A stretch of 64,000 nucleotides of DNA from Azolla caroliniana (Eukaryota; Plantae; Polypodiophyta): the NCBI GenBank assembly GCA_043228905.1, contig JBHGNT010000008.1:21638001-21702000 (forward strand). The letters run 5' to 3'. The translations under genes were made by a program, and so were the position numbers. This document shows positions 28,001 through 41,035 of this stretch, piece after piece. Each line of letters opens with the position of its first letter. Within the stretch, counting starts at the first letter, position 1. A model generated the notes under the pieces. That model was not told where the DNA came from and did no database searches. It was given only the letters and a program-made list of their open reading frames with translations.

Positions 28001-31000
28001 AACAAATTCATGGATCGTGATTGTAGGCGACAACATCCTTTTTGCATATTTTGCAAAAAGAAGGGTCATACAAAAGAGCAATGTCGAAAGCTCCAACGTA
28101 AAGAGCACAACAGCAAAGCTAAAGTTGTAGACCATAAAGGTCAGATTCCTAATGTTCTTCGGGTCTATACACATCATTTAAGTAATTGTCAATGTTCTTT
28201 CCCTCACTATGTATTGGGTCCCAATGATTTACTACGTGCAAACGGGTATATCAATGGATCTCCCATACAATTTTTGTTTGATTGGGGAAGCTCACACAAC
28301 TTTGTGAATGATCGTTTGGTTCAAATATGGGGAATCCAACCCACCGTAAGTGATCACACTTATACAGTGCACTTGGCTGATGGAAGAGAACAATACATCA
28401 ACGGGGCGATTCATTCATTACGAATTTCTATTGATACTTATATAGAGGAAGTAAACTTCCATGTAATGAATCTTTGTACCATTGATGTAATATTGGGTTA
28501 TCCCTGGTTCTATAATAAAAACTCTTCTTTATCTATTGATTGGGTTCATCATTCAATAACTTTTGCAGTGAACGATTGTACTCATTTTATTCAATATGTA
28601 AAAAAACAATCCCTCTCGATTGTTTCCTCTCCATCAATATACAAGTTGTCTTGTTCTACTCTATTTTATTGTGTACTTGATTTGGACATTCACGTTTACA
28701 ATATCGATAATGTCTCGGTTCAATTAACATATTTTGAACAACAACAACTTGATGAAATCTTAAATTGTTTTCGTGATGTTTTTCCCAGTGAACTACCATA
28801 TGGGTTACCTCCTAAACGTAATATAGACCATCGTATAGATATTGTACCTGGCATTACACCAATAAGTATACCTCCTTATCGCTTAAGTTGATCCGAAGAG
28901 GATGGGGTATCTAAGCAGCTCAAGAACTATTTACGAATGGGTTATATACGTTATAGTAAATCTCCATGGGATACACCAGTTCTCTTGGTTAAAAAGAAAG
29001 AGGGCACATGGTGTATGTGTATTAATTACCGACGCTTGAATAAAGTGACGATCAAGAATTCATATCCATTGCCTTGGGCTGACGATCTAATTGACCGTCT
29101 CCAGGGAGCTCAGTATTTTACCATCAAATTCGTATAAGTGAGGACGATGTTCCTAAAATGACATTTCGTATGCGCTATGGCCATTATGAGTTTTTGGTTA
29201 TGCCTTTTGGTTTGACCAATGCTTTGGCTACATTTCAACAACTTGGAAAATTTGTCGTTATTTTCTTGGATGATATTTTAGTTTATAGCCATACATTACA
29301 AGAACATGTTAAACATGTCCGCTTTATTTTACAAACATTGTGTGACAAACAGTTTTATGCGAAGATCTCAAAATGTGAGTTCTTCAATAAATCAATTACT
29401 TATCTTGGACATCTCATAACTGAACGAGGAGTTGAAATTGATCCTTCTCACATCGAGAAAATCAAGCTTTGGCCCACTCTTCGGAATATTCGAGAAGTTC
29501 GATCATTCCTTGGTTTTGTCGGGTTTTTGTGAAAATCCCGTCGTAATTACTCTCAATTGACGATACCCTTTACTGATCTTCTAAAAGGTCAAACGCGTAA
29601 GTCTACAAAACCTATTGTCTGGAATGTTACACTAGACCTCGCCTTTAAGGAACTCAAGGACCTGGTATGCAAGGCTCCTTCACTTCTTTTACCCGATCCT
29701 TCAAAACCTTTTGAGGTTGAAACCGATGCAAGCGATTATGTTATAGGTGTTGTCTTATATCAAGATGGTAAACCAATAGTATTCAAGAGTAAGAAACTTG
29801 ATTCTGCTCAATGTCAGTATACCGTCCAAGAAAAGGAATTATTTCTAGTTATACATGCACTCAAAACATGGCACCATTATCTTTATGGAAATCTCTTTGT
29901 GGTAACTATGGACCACGAATCCTTGAAATCTTTTTGTTACCAACAATACCTGAAAGGTCGTAAGTCACGATGGGCTGATCTCATCGAGGACTTTGATTTT
30001 ACCATACGATATCGTAAAGGTTCCATGAACACTGTGGTTGATGCACTAAGTCGCATCCGTGAAGTTAACATGCTTAGCTTCACTAAAATAACATCAGAAC
30101 TTTATGATCACCTTCGAGGAAAGTATCCTGGTGATAGTTATTTTGCGAAATATTGAGCAAGAGTTGAGTCTAGAACAGACACAACTACATCCTTGAAGGA
30201 ATACTTCCACATTGCTAACGGTCTGCTCTACCGTAATAGGAAGGTTTGTGTTCTAGATTTTCCTAAGGTCAAAAAGAGAATTCTTTTTTAATGCCATGAT
30301 CCACCCTCAGCAAGGCACCCTGGAATACATCGTACACTCTTTCTCATCGTACCCTCAGCAAGGCCTAAGATGCGTCCTGACATACATAGCTATGTGACTA
30401 AATGTCACCAATGTCAGGTTAACAAAGCCAAGGGACTTTTACATCCCTTGGACATTCCCAATAATAAGTGGGAAAGTATATCCACGGATTTTATTGTTTG
30501 CCTTCCTCACACCCAAAAAAGTCATGATGCCATCTGGGTTGTGGTTGATAGACTAACTAAAATGGCCAGATTTATTGCTACGAAAACCATGATAACAACT
30601 CCGGAATTGGCTTCCCGATGTAGTTGAAATTCATCCAGTTTTTCATGTGAGTCCTCTAAAAGAACTTCTAGGTTCTGGCGACAATACAGTTACAACTGAA
30701 ACTCTGGTTTCTTCTGAAGAATTATCTTCTAAACCACATGTACTAGAAAGAATTCTCAATGTTAAAACAAAAAAATTACGTACTAAAGAAATCCGAGAAT
30801 TTAAAATAAAATGGATGGATAAATCAATAAAAGATGCCACATGGGAACACAAAAATTCTCTCAGAACTAACTTCCCTAACTTTCCATTGCAAGAGTGCAA
30901 TGTTTTAAAGAAGGGGGAGTATGTTGCGGGCATGACCATATAATATCTTGTGGTGAGAATTTACCGTAGTATTCTATACACGTGGATAAGTGTGCGGGTT

Positions 31001-31364
31001 AAACGAGAGTGTAAAGAAGGGGAGGATTACTTTTAATCCTCAGGATTGAGACAACCCATTAGGCCAAGTGTGAACTTGCCTGGGGACCTTGCGTATCGCT
31101 ATAAATAAGAGACCTAGCTATCCTCAGTTCAACATCTTTTGACTACGTCGAGACTCTGTTTTGTAGCGAGCGCGCCAGCACTAGGTACAACTCGACGCCA
31201 CGACGTTGGTATGGGACGTCAATCGAGGCTCGATTCCGTCTCGATCCCTTAGTTCGGGGGTGGTCGGGTGGATCGGCACCCTTCTTTCTCCCTCTCCTTT
31301 CTATCTATCTATCTATCATTCTTTTCTCCTTATCATACGCTTACATTAGGTCATATCTCTAATA
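25063..31364 (+). mobile_element. Gypsy B, degenerate tRNA-Met-primed chromovirus-like element
   Basis: LTRs 25063-25524 and 30922-31364; TSD ATTTT; PBS TGGTTTCAGAGC; PPT AAGAAGGGGGAG; CIFCKKKGHTKEQC, FDWGSSHNF, FLDD; chromodomain-like ERILN...FKIKW..DATWE; integrase core partly deleted near 30620. Confidence 0.92.
25780..26050. repeat. Degenerate 56-62-bp tandem repeat with GAGG-N6/7-CCTC hairpin cores in the gypsy B 5' region
   Basis: GAGGTCAATACCTC-like motifs at about 25782, 25843, 25899, 25955 and 26017. Confidence 0.7.
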
Positions 31365-33282
31365 ATTTTCTAGAGGGGTCTTCTCATCAAGTCACAATAT
31401 TCAGTGATCACAAAAACCTTGCCTACTTTCAAAATGCTCGTGTGTTAAATCGACCTCAAGCTCACTCGTTTCGACTTCAAAATCACATATCGTCCGGGAA
31501 AGCAACAAGGGAAGGCAGATGCATTATCACGGCACTCGTATCTAGCACTACATCCCAACGAGCCGTCTTTCGATAACCAAAAGCAAGTAATCCTGGGACC
31601 AGCACAACTGCAAGCAACGCAGGTCTTCGATATGCCCTTAGATTCCCACGTTATCAATACCATACGTGAGGACTTGAAGACAGATGCTTTCGCCCAAGCC
31701 ATTCTAGCACAAATTGATCTCTCTCTAGCATCTTGTTCACAGTCGCAACAACCAGGTACAAACTATCGACAATTCGAATATCATGATGGATTACTATTCT
31801 TTAAGAAACTCTTGTCGCCTTCAAGTAGTCCAAAACTGTCATGACACATATACAGCTAGGCATTTTGGTAGTACTAAAACATTAGATTTAGTACAACAAT
31901 CATTCTGGTGGCCCCATATGTGACAATTTGTCGAAGATTTTGTTCGGACTTGTAATACATGTTGCAAAGCAAAAATTCCAAGCCATCATCCATATGGTTT
32001 ATTAGAACCATTACCAATTCCAAGGAAGCCATGGCAATCCATTGCCCTAGATTTCATCACAGATCTTCCAGTCTCTAAGGGATTCGATGCGATCTTAACA
32101 GTAGTAGATCGATATACGAAGATGGCCCATTTCCTGGCATGTACTAAGGAAATCTCCAATGAAGAAACCGATGAAATTGTCATGCGTGAAGTATGTCGGC
32201 ATCATGGCCTTCCTGATAGTATCATCAGCGACCGTGGACCCCAGTTCGTCTCGAAGTTTTGGAAGCACCTCTTTAAAATGCTTAAGGTCACTTGGAACCT
32301 CTCCTCCAACTACCACTCGCAAACAGACGGCCAAGCAGAACAAACAATCAAACACGGGAGTAGTATCTTCGGTGTTTTCTAAGCTATCATCAAGATGACT
32401 GGGCGGATATTCTCCACTTCACCGAATTTGCGTATAATAACTCTGTCCACTCATCGACAAAGGTTACACCATTTTATGCTTATATGGTGTCGTGAAGATT
32501 TTGGGCCATAGTGAGAAACCGGGGAATATCAAAAGAATCAGCGAAGTGCACCATGTGCACTTACCCTTGTAAAAACGTGTGAATAATAGGAGTTAAGTCA
32601 GAACAGAGAATCCCATGTAAGTCGGGATTTATCCCACATTGTTACACATCCCTCTCCTTGTTCTATAAAATGAGGGGAGCACCCTTTGTGAAGGGGTTGC
32701 CCATTTTGTGTTAGAGGGTATACCGTTAGATTAAGGTTAGCGGTTTTAACTTGGAGGTTTTCTTCTTCTTCTTCCTCGTCGTGAGGGTTGAGAGTTCGTG
32801 TTTGTTTAGGGTTTTGCTTCTGCTCGGTCTCCTGTGCAAGATCCCGCTCGACGCGACAAGCCCGTGAGCTCCCCGATCGGCGGCTTGGCAACAGACTGCT
32901 GCTAACATGTTCGCGTTCACAAGTGGAAGGATTGCGTATTCCACTTGTAGAATCTTCTTGAAACTATCTAGATATACCCTCTCTACAAAAATTGGATGCA
33001 CTAGTATCACATGTTCCACAACTTGATTAGAATTTGCAAATATAAAAATACATGATAGGTCTACGAGTGGAGATCATTAGAAATCATGCAAGTTTGGACG
33101 TGCTGATAAGTTAATGTAGGCATAATAAAGTTCAACAATGGCTCAATACGTCACTAATGTGCGACATGGGAAACACTAAGTTAAAGACTTATATTAATTT
33201 GGTAAGTTTTACAAAAATATGAGGTGTACTTGTATCCATACTAATAAAATGAGTTATAATTTATACTTTGACCCATACGTGC

Positions 33283-33558
33283 ATGTATATAATAGTGGAC
33301 AATGTAGGATAGTGCACTTTAGGATATTGTGATTGGAATAACTAACTTATTAAAGTATTCAATACTTGTATTTAAAGTTGATCTAATCTATTCCTCAGTT
33401 TGTTCGTATGGGATCAAACCATATGTATATAATTATGGACAATGTAAGACAGTGAACTATAGGATAATGTGGTGGAAATAACAAACCTATTAAGGCTTTC
33501 ATACTTGTATTAAAAATTGATCTACTCTATTGCTTAGGTGATTCACACAGGATCAAAC
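33283..33558. repeat. 140-bp diverged direct duplication downstream of the methyltransferase gene
   Basis: ATGTATATAAT..TGGACAATGTA...GGATCAAAC at 33283 and 33423. Confidence 0.8.
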
Positions 33559-35638
33559 TCTGAATGATAACACTAGTGGAACTACAAGCGTATAAAAACA
33601 TGCGGATAACGCTAGTGGAACCATTATCAACACACTACACAATCTAAGCAGCAATGGAATAGAAACATAATAGTTTTAACAATAGAAGACAAAGATCCAT
33701 AATAACAACATGGACATTCATGGCAACAATTCTACGACTATGTTATGTTAAGGTAAACTTGGACCAAAATCAGCCTCAATTTAAACTAATTCATGTTACT
33801 CCATAAATTTGGTAGTCAGCTATGCACGCAGTGAAACCAATGTCATAAGTCTACTAACCAAGTATAAAAAAATAAAATTGAAACATATAGAAGATTATAA
33901 AGAATAGAATCCACCAAGTAAAACCCAAAATTTGTATTAATAATGCGAAATCCCAACATATCGTCAAAGTCATTTTGTTCATAGAGTCTATTACATAGCA
34001 ATCAATTCATCAATGTCATTTTCTTCATCATCCTGTGTAGAAGTCTCTTTGGCTATACGTGCATTGGCTTCCCCTGTTAGCCAAGCCAACGAAATATCTT
34101 CTATAAGCTCATCATCAAGCTCTATTAGCTCCCCCGGTTCCCCAGCTAACGGAGGAATAGGCTCTCGCGAAGTAGGTTGAAACCTTTCTGTATCAACGAG
34201 GTTCTTTGCACCGACCTCCTCGTCCTGGTCTGGGCACTCCCACAAAGCCTTAATCCTCATGTTTATAAATATAACCTGCTCCTCGTCCTTCTCCAATGCA
34301 ACTATGTTTCTAAAGAGCTTCAATGCACATGCAGACGTCGTTCCTGTGAAGAAAGTAACAAGAAGAATTAGTTCTCAAACAAAAAAGATTCGGTATTGGT
34401 TATCTCAAGATCATTGCCCTAGTTCGAGGAATACCTGTGCCAGAAAAGAGATCTAATATCCAGTCTCCTTCGATAGAAAACATCTCGATCAAGCGCATCA
34501 TAAGTCGTTGAGGTTTTTGGTATGGGTTGACAAGTCCCCGTTCTGTCGTGGTGACATGTCGCAATTTCCGTGTCACTGCTTGATATACCAACAGATTTGA
34601 ACCTCCCACTTCATTAGAATGCTCCTTGATTCTTTGTTTCTTAATTTCATCAAAGTAGCCAACCGTGATGTATTCAATGGCATTAACGAACCGAAAGGTT
34701 GGCCCTCTATTTACATTGGTTTTTATCCTATAAAAAATAATACATTTAGTTAAGAATAGATTGAACAATCTTAAGAAATGCAATATAGTGAATGAGACCT
34801 ATAAATAATCCTTACCATGCAAGGTTCTTGATGCCATGGCAACGAGATCTCAAAGCTTGAGCTACAAAGTACCCTTGGTCCACACTATGAAGACAACTAT
34901 TCTCCACAAGGATGCAATTGTTAGCTCAGCAAAATCCTTGACCATCTTCTCCAACTGTTTAAACCTAAACGGTTCATTGTCGTATGATAACCCAGCCATT
35001 TGAAATCCGGAAGGAATATCCGCAATCATTAGTGTATATTCCTTCTTTGCCACCTTTTAGATCATGTCAACGACATCGCCGCAAACCACATTGTAGTAAA
35101 GATCTCTCGTAATATCTTTTTTGTGGCTAAATTTTTTAAAGGAGCCATCTTCCTCCATTTTGTACGCCTTGACTAAGAGACGATCCTTTTCTTTTCTAGC
35201 TCTCTCGAGATGTGCAAGGAAGGATGTCGGGAAATCGTGTATATCCTTAACTTCTTCTTGTTTCTTGCCACGACATAGTTTCTAATAGAAGCAATAGGAC
35301 ATCAAGTTTTATTATACAAGCTCTACATATGATGAAAGCGTAATGAAAAATCACCAATACTAACCCAATCCTTGAATGCAATAAAATACTCCGATAACGC
35401 CTTATATGAAGACGTTAGAGGATAATCCTCGGTCACTTGTTCCCAAGTTATACATCCAAGTTGTTTCACCATAACTTCTTGGATCTTCATGTACACCTTA
35501 TGACTGTGAAATTAGAAAACGAGATTAGAACTTTGAATTGCACCATATAGACTTAAATATCAGTATTTGAAAGACTTACTTATTGAACTCAGTGACCATT
35601 TCTTCAAGGATTAAATCTTTGGCCACAACCCTTGATAA

Positions 35639-38600
35639 TGTTGGGATTCACAGTCCCTCCGGATGGGATGTCCGGAGATGAATGACGGCAATCCCGGAGA
35701 TGAATGACGGTTACGGTTACGGTTACGATTCCGGAGCCGGACGATGAAGACCCCGGCTACGGAGCCGGACGATGAAGACCCCGGCTACGGAGCCGGATGA
35801 CGAATGTACCCGGAGAGAGATCCGGATGCGGAGACATATTTGTGAATATGTTTGCCAAGGGCCCTTGAGGCTATATTTGTAAATAGCCCGAAAGTCATAT
35901 GTGTATAAATATGACCTAGGGCAAACAGTTTTATGTTGCTTCTCATTTTTTTCTGTTTTTCCACTCAAGAGGAGTGAAGAGAGAGCAGCCGTGAGAGAGG
36001 TAGAGCGTGAGAGAGGAAGAGGTCGACGCCTCTGTGTATTTCCGCCGCCTGTGGCGAGGACAGCGAGCTCAAGGTCGTCGCCTTGCAGCTCGCCATTGTA
36101 TACTTCTCTGTGCATAGTTTTGGTTCGGAGTCTTGTACTCCCGTGGTTTTTCCCGTACAGGGTTTTCCACGATAAATCGTGTGTCCATTGCATTTCCCAT
36201 TTTCTGCAACAACGATTCGTGTGGTTCCTTGGTTGTAGCCGAGAAGTGGAGTTTGGAAAGTGTTCGATTATTTCCATCAAATTGGTATCAGAGCACGGTT
36301 AACACAGAAAATGGAAGGCGGCGGTAGTGGGCCTCCGGGCATGATGGTGTTGAACTCACATAACTACGCCGACTGGAAGATAAAGATGGAAGACCTTCTC
36401 ATCGTCCGAGACCTGTATGAACCGATCGACAATGCCGAGATACCCAAGGGGGTAATAGAGTCGGAGTGGAAGCTCCTGAACCGGAAAGCCGTAGCGACGA
36501 TCCGGCAATATGTCGATGTAAGCGTTCTACAACATGTGGCGAATGACACCAACGCATATGAGATGTGGAAGAAGCTGTCGGGCCTCTACGAGAGGAAGAA
36601 TGCGTTGAACCGGACCTCCCTGATGAGGAAGATAGTGAACCTCAAGTACCGGGACGGCGAGAATATGGTGGAACACGTGAGCACGTTCATGGGATTCGTG
36701 AACCAGCTTGCGGCAATCAAGTTCCCGTTGGAGGATGCAATGCAAGCCATCATTCTGATGTGTACATTGCCGGAAAGCTGGGAGAACTTGGTGGTGACTC
36801 TCAGCACCTCCTGCACCGAAGATAACTTGTCTCTACAAACGGTAAAGACAAGTATTTTGAACGAAGAAGCGCGTCGAAGAGATAAAGAACCGGCCTCCGA
36901 CTCAAAGGCGCTGCTTACCGAATCGGAACGAGGAAGACAATGGAACCGGAGTCCGCCAAGACGGGAGAAGTCGGGGACCCGGTCGCAGTCAAGAGGAAGA
37001 CCCACATGCTTCCACTGTGGGAAGTCGGGGCACTTCCGGAAGAATTGTCGGCATTACCGAAAGGACAACGGAGCCGACGACACCGATTCGAAGAAGTCAC
37101 CGGAGAGAAACGGTACATATCGGGGAGCCACGGACCGGAGAGGTCCGGATCGGCGAGGGCAGGACCGGAAAAGAACGACGGCACTCGCGGCAAGTGAGGA
37201 AGAAATCATGCTCATCACCGAAGAAGGTGAACTAAACATTGCCGGCGATGAGACGACCTGGGTGGTCGATTCCGGAGCATCGTTCCACCTGACCCCGGAG
37301 AGAAGATACTTCTCATCCTACACAGTCGGTGAGCATGGCTGTGTTCGGATGGGAAATGAAGGTACGTGCCGGATTGCCGGCATAGGAGACGTGTGGTTGA
37401 CAACCTCGACCGGATGCAAAATGCTGCTGAAGGATGTCCGACACGTTCCGGAGGTTCGATTGAACCTGATTTCGGCCGGGAGGCTAGACGATGAAGGCTA
37501 CACAGGTAGCATCCGGAACGGCGTAATGAAGTTCAGCAAGGGGAGCCTGATAGTGGCTCGGGCCCGGAAAGTCAACACACTGTACCTTATGAATGCCTGG
37601 TTGTGTCCGGAAGAGTTGAACGTGGCAGCCGACACTGCCGGTGAGCTGTGGCACAAGAGACTGTGCCACATGAGTGAGAAGGGGATGAAGAGGCTTGCAG
37701 AAGACAACCTTATTCCAGTGAAGCATGTGCACCTGGAGAAGTGCACCGATTGCCTGGCCGGTAAGCAGAACCGAACCTCCTTCCACTCAAGGCCACCGAC
37801 GAGACGTAGCGCACCATTGGAGTTGGTGCACACTGATGTGTGTCAGGTAGAAACGAAGTCACATGGCGGAGCCCAGTACTTCGTAACATTCATTGATGAT
37901 CATAGCCGGAAGCTGTGGACGGCACCGTTGAAGACAAAGGACCAAGTGTTGTGCGTCTTCAAAGAACTCCACGCAAGAGTGGAAAGGGAATCCGGCAAGA
38001 AGCTGAAAGCGATACGAGCGGATAACGGAGGGGAATACTGGGGGCAGTTCGCGGAGTACTGTCGCTCGAAGGGAATCCGGCTCGAGTTTACTGTGCCGAA
38101 GACGCCGGAACTGAACGGGCTGGCCGAGAGGATGAACCAGACCATAATGGAGAGGGTCCGCAGTATGCTGGCGCATGCGGAATTACCCAAGGGGTTTTGG
38201 GCTGAGGCGATGTCAACGGCGACATACGTGATAAACAGATCACCCTCAGTACCTTTGGACGGAGACACGCCGCAGAGAGTGTGGACCGGTAGGGAAGTAT
38301 CCTACCGGCATCTGAAGGTGTTCGGGTGTCTCGCATACGTGCATGTGGCAAAGGACCGGAGAGGAAAGCTAGATCCAAAGACCCGGCCATGCATATTCCT
38401 CGGTTACGGCGATGACGAGTTCGGCTACCGAGTATGGGACCCGGTCGACAAGAAGATATTCTGGAGTCGTGATATCATCTTCATGGAGAACAAGACACTC
38501 GCCGACTGGGAGTCGGAGAAGAAGATGAAGAGCTCCAAGTCGACCGGTGAGGATCAACTCTACGAGGAGCAGTCCCGACCGGCAAGAGACCGGTTAGCAC

Positions 38601-41035
38601 TCGAGGATCCGGCCGAAGACGGTGAAGAAACAGAACCGGCCGAAGAAGATGAAAATGATACCGGAACCGGCCCCGATCCCGAAATGGATTCGGATGAAGA
38701 AGAATCGGAAGAACCGGTTACCGAAGCTCCGGAACGGAGATATCCTCTAAGAGAGAGAAGGGCCCCCCGGAGATTTCCGGAACCAGAGCACGTGCTGCTA
38801 ACCGACGAGGGGGAGCCGGAGAGCTTTGAAGAAGCAAAGCATGACACCCAGAGCCGCAGGTGGTTGAGTGCCATGCAGGACGAGATGGATTCCCTGCATG
38901 AGAACCACACATATGAACTTGTGGAGTTGCCGAAAGGAAAGCGGGCACTTCGAAACAAGTGGGTGTTCAAGCTGAAACCGGGAGATGCCGGAAACCCCCC
39001 GAGATACAAAGCCAGGATCGTGGTGAAGGGGTTTCAGCAGAAGAAGGGCGTCGACTTCGACGAGATATTTGCCCCGGTAGTGAAGATGACCTCCATCCGG
39101 ACGGTGCTGAGCATAGCGGCAAGCATGGACCTCGAGGTAGAACAGATGGACGTGAAGACGGCATTCCTTCACGGTGACCTCGAAGAAGAGATCTACATGC
39201 AGCAACCGGAAGGATTCGAGAAGAAAGGGAAGGAGCACCTGGTATGCCGGTTGAAGAAGAGCCTTTACGGACTGAAGCAGGCCCCCCGGCAATGGTACCG
39301 GAAGTTCGACTCCTTCATGACCGACGAAGGGTACCACAAAACGCAGTCCGATCACTACGTGTTTGTGAAGAAGTTCGAAGGAGGAGACTCTCTAATACTC
39401 CTCCTGTACGTGGACGACATGTTGATCGTCGGACGGGACCAGGGCAAGATATGGATGCTGAAGAAAGCACTTCACCGAACCTTCTCAATGAAGGACCTGG
39501 GTCCAGCGAGGCAAATACTAGGGATGCACATCATCCGAGACCGGAAGAAGAAGCAGTTGTGGCTGTCACAGGAGAAGTACGTAACAAAGGTGCTTCACCG
39601 GTTCAACATGTCGGAAGCAAGACCGGTCGGATCAACCCTCCCGGCAAACTGCAAGTTGTCCAGCAAGCAAAGCCCCAAGACAAAGGCTGAGAAAGAGGAC
39701 ATGATGAAAGTACCATATGCCTCTGCCGTCGGAAGCTTGATGTACGCAATGGTGTGTACAAGACCGGACATAGGATATGCAGTCGGAGTGATGAGCCGGT
39801 ACATGAGCAATCCCGGCAAAGAACACTGGAACGCGGTCAAGTGGATACTCCGATACCTGAAGGGCACGGCAAACGTATGCCTCCGATTCGGCTCCGGTAA
39901 GCCCGAACTCGACGGCTTTACCGATTCGGATATGTCGGCTGATGCGGATACCAGCCGGTCCACATCCGGGTATGTGATGACGTATGCAGGGGGAGTTGTT
40001 TCGTGGCAGTCGAGGCTGCAGAAGACGGTTGCGTTGTCAACCACGGAGGCGGAGTACATGGCGGCTGTTGAAGCCGGCAAGGAAATAATATGGATGAAAG
40101 ACTTCATTAGAGAGCTCGGTATCCAGCAGGAGGAGTACCGGCTCTACTGCGATAGTCAGAGTGCCATCCACCTTGCGAAGAACGCGGCCTACCATTCCCG
40201 GACAAAACACATCCAGCGTAGATACCACTGGATCCGGGAAAGGATAGAAGACAAGGAGTTCGTGCTGACGAAGATCCACACGGACGAGAACGGGTCGGAT
40301 ATGCTGACCAAGGTACTTACACCCGACAAGCTGGAAGCATGCCGGAAGAGGATCGGATTGGAGAGACATCCCATGCCGAAGTGAAGGGGGAGTTTGTTGG
40401 GATTCACAGTCCCTCCGGATGGGATGTCCGGAGATGAATGACGGCAATCCCGGAGATGAATGACGGTTACGGTTACGGTTACGATTCCGGAGCCGGACGA
40501 TGAAGACCCCGGCTACGGAGCCGGACGATGAAGACCCCGGCTACGGAGCCGGATGACGAATGTACCCGGAGAGAGATCCGGATGCGGAGACATATTTGTG
40601 AATATGTTTGCCAAGGGCCCTTGAGGCTATATTTGTAAATAGCCCGAAAGTCATATGTGTATAAATATGACCTAGGGCAAACAATTTTATGTTGCTTCTC
40701 ATTTTTTTCTGTTTTTCCACTCAAGAGGAGTGAAGAGAGAGCAGCCGTGAGAGAGATAGAGCGTGAGAGAGGAAGAGGTCGACGCCTCTGTGTATTTCCG
40801 CCGCCTGTGGCGAGGACAGCGAGCTCAAGGTCGTCGCCTTGCAGCTCGCCATTGTATACTTCTCTGTGCATAGTTTTGGTTCGGAGTCTTGTACTCCCGT
40901 GGTTTTTCCCGTACAGGGTTTTCCACGATAAATCGTGTGTCCATTGCATTTCCCATTTTCTGCAACAACGATTCGTGTGGTTCCTTGGTTGTAGCCGAGA
41001 AGTGGAGTTTGGAAAGTGTTCGATTATTTCCATCA
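35639..41035 (+). mobile_element. Intact young Ty1/copia element (Tnt1/Tork-like)
   Basis: 641-bp LTRs at 35639-36279 and 40395-41035, two differences seen; TSD GATAA; PBS TGGTATCAGAGC at 36283; PPT GAAGGGGGAG. Confidence 0.97.
36311..40384 (+). CDS. Copia gag-pol polyprotein, uninterrupted
   Basis: CFHCGKSGHFRKNC, WVVDSGAS, WHKRLCH, integrase VHTD/RADNGGE/NGLAER, RT YKARIVVKG and LLYVDDM, RNase H STTEAEY and SRTKHI. Confidence 0.97.
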   Translation: MEGGGSGPPGMMVLNSHNYADWKIKMEDLLIVRDLYEPIDNAEIPKGVIESEWKLLNRKAVATIRQYVDVSVLQHVANDTNAYEMWKKLSGLYERKNALNRTSLMRKIVNLKYRDGENMVEHVSTFMGFVNQLAAIKFPLEDAMQAIILMCTLPESWENLVVTLSTSCTEDNLSLQTVKTSILNEEARRRDKEPASDSKALLTESERGRQWNRSPPRREKSGTRSQSRGRPTCFHCGKSGHFRKNCRHYRKDNGADDTDSKKSPERNGTYRGATDRRGPDRRGQDRKRTTALAASEEEIMLITEEGELNIAGDETTWVVDSGASFHLTPERRYFSSYTVGEHGCVRMGNEGTCRIAGIGDVWLTTSTGCKMLLKDVRHVPEVRLNLISAGRLDDEGYTGSIRNGVMKFSKGSLIVARARKVNTLYLMNAWLCPEELNVAADTAGELWHKRLCHMSEKGMKRLAEDNLIPVKHVHLEKCTDCLAGKQNRTSFHSRPPTRRSAPLELVHTDVCQVETKSHGGAQYFVTFIDDHSRKLWTAPLKTKDQVLCVFKELHARVERESGKKLKAIRADNGGEYWGQFAEYCRSKGIRLEFTVPKTPELNGLAERMNQTIMERVRSMLAHAELPKGFWAEAMSTATYVINRSPSVPLDGDTPQRVWTGREVSYRHLKVFGCLAYVHVAKDRRGKLDPKTRPCIFLGYGDDEFGYRVWDPVDKKIFWSRDIIFMENKTLADWESEKKMKSSKSTGEDQLYEEQSRPARDRLALEDPAEDGEETEPAEEDENDTGTGPDPEMDSDEEESEEPVTEAPERRYPLRERRAPRRFPEPEHVLLTDEGEPESFEEAKHDTQSRRWLSAMQDEMDSLHENHTYELVELPKGKRALRNKWVFKLKPGDAGNPPRYKARIVVKGFQQKKGVDFDEIFAPVVKMTSIRTVLSIAASMDLEVEQMDVKTAFLHGDLEEEIYMQQPEGFEKKGKEHLVCRLKKSLYGLKQAPRQWYRKFDSFMTDEGYHKTQSDHYVFVKKFEGGDSLILLLYVDDMLIVGRDQGKIWMLKKALHRTFSMKDLGPARQILGMHIIRDRKKKQLWLSQEKYVTKVLHRFNMSEARPVGSTLPANCKLSSKQSPKTKAEKEDMMKVPYASAVGSLMYAMVCTRPDIGYAVGVMSRYMSNPGKEHWNAVKWILRYLKGTANVCLRFGSGKPELDGFTDSDMSADADTSRSTSGYVMTYAGGVVSWQSRLQKTVALSTTEAEYMAAVEAGKEIIWMKDFIRELGIQQEEYRLYCDSQSAIHLAKNAAYHSRTKHIQRRYHWIRERIEDKEFVLTKIHTDENGSDMLTKVLTPDKLEACRKRIGLERHPMPK

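Noticed and set aside
33991-35300. Bacterial contamination or a restriction-modification system
   Set aside because: The gene has spliceosomal introns, is nested among plant LTR elements, and no endonuclease gene is visible.
35723-36302. ORFs of 130-190 aa repeated at 40479-41051 (likewise 51399-51816 / 57873-58290)
   Set aside because: They lie in LTRs and are duplicated only because the LTRs are.
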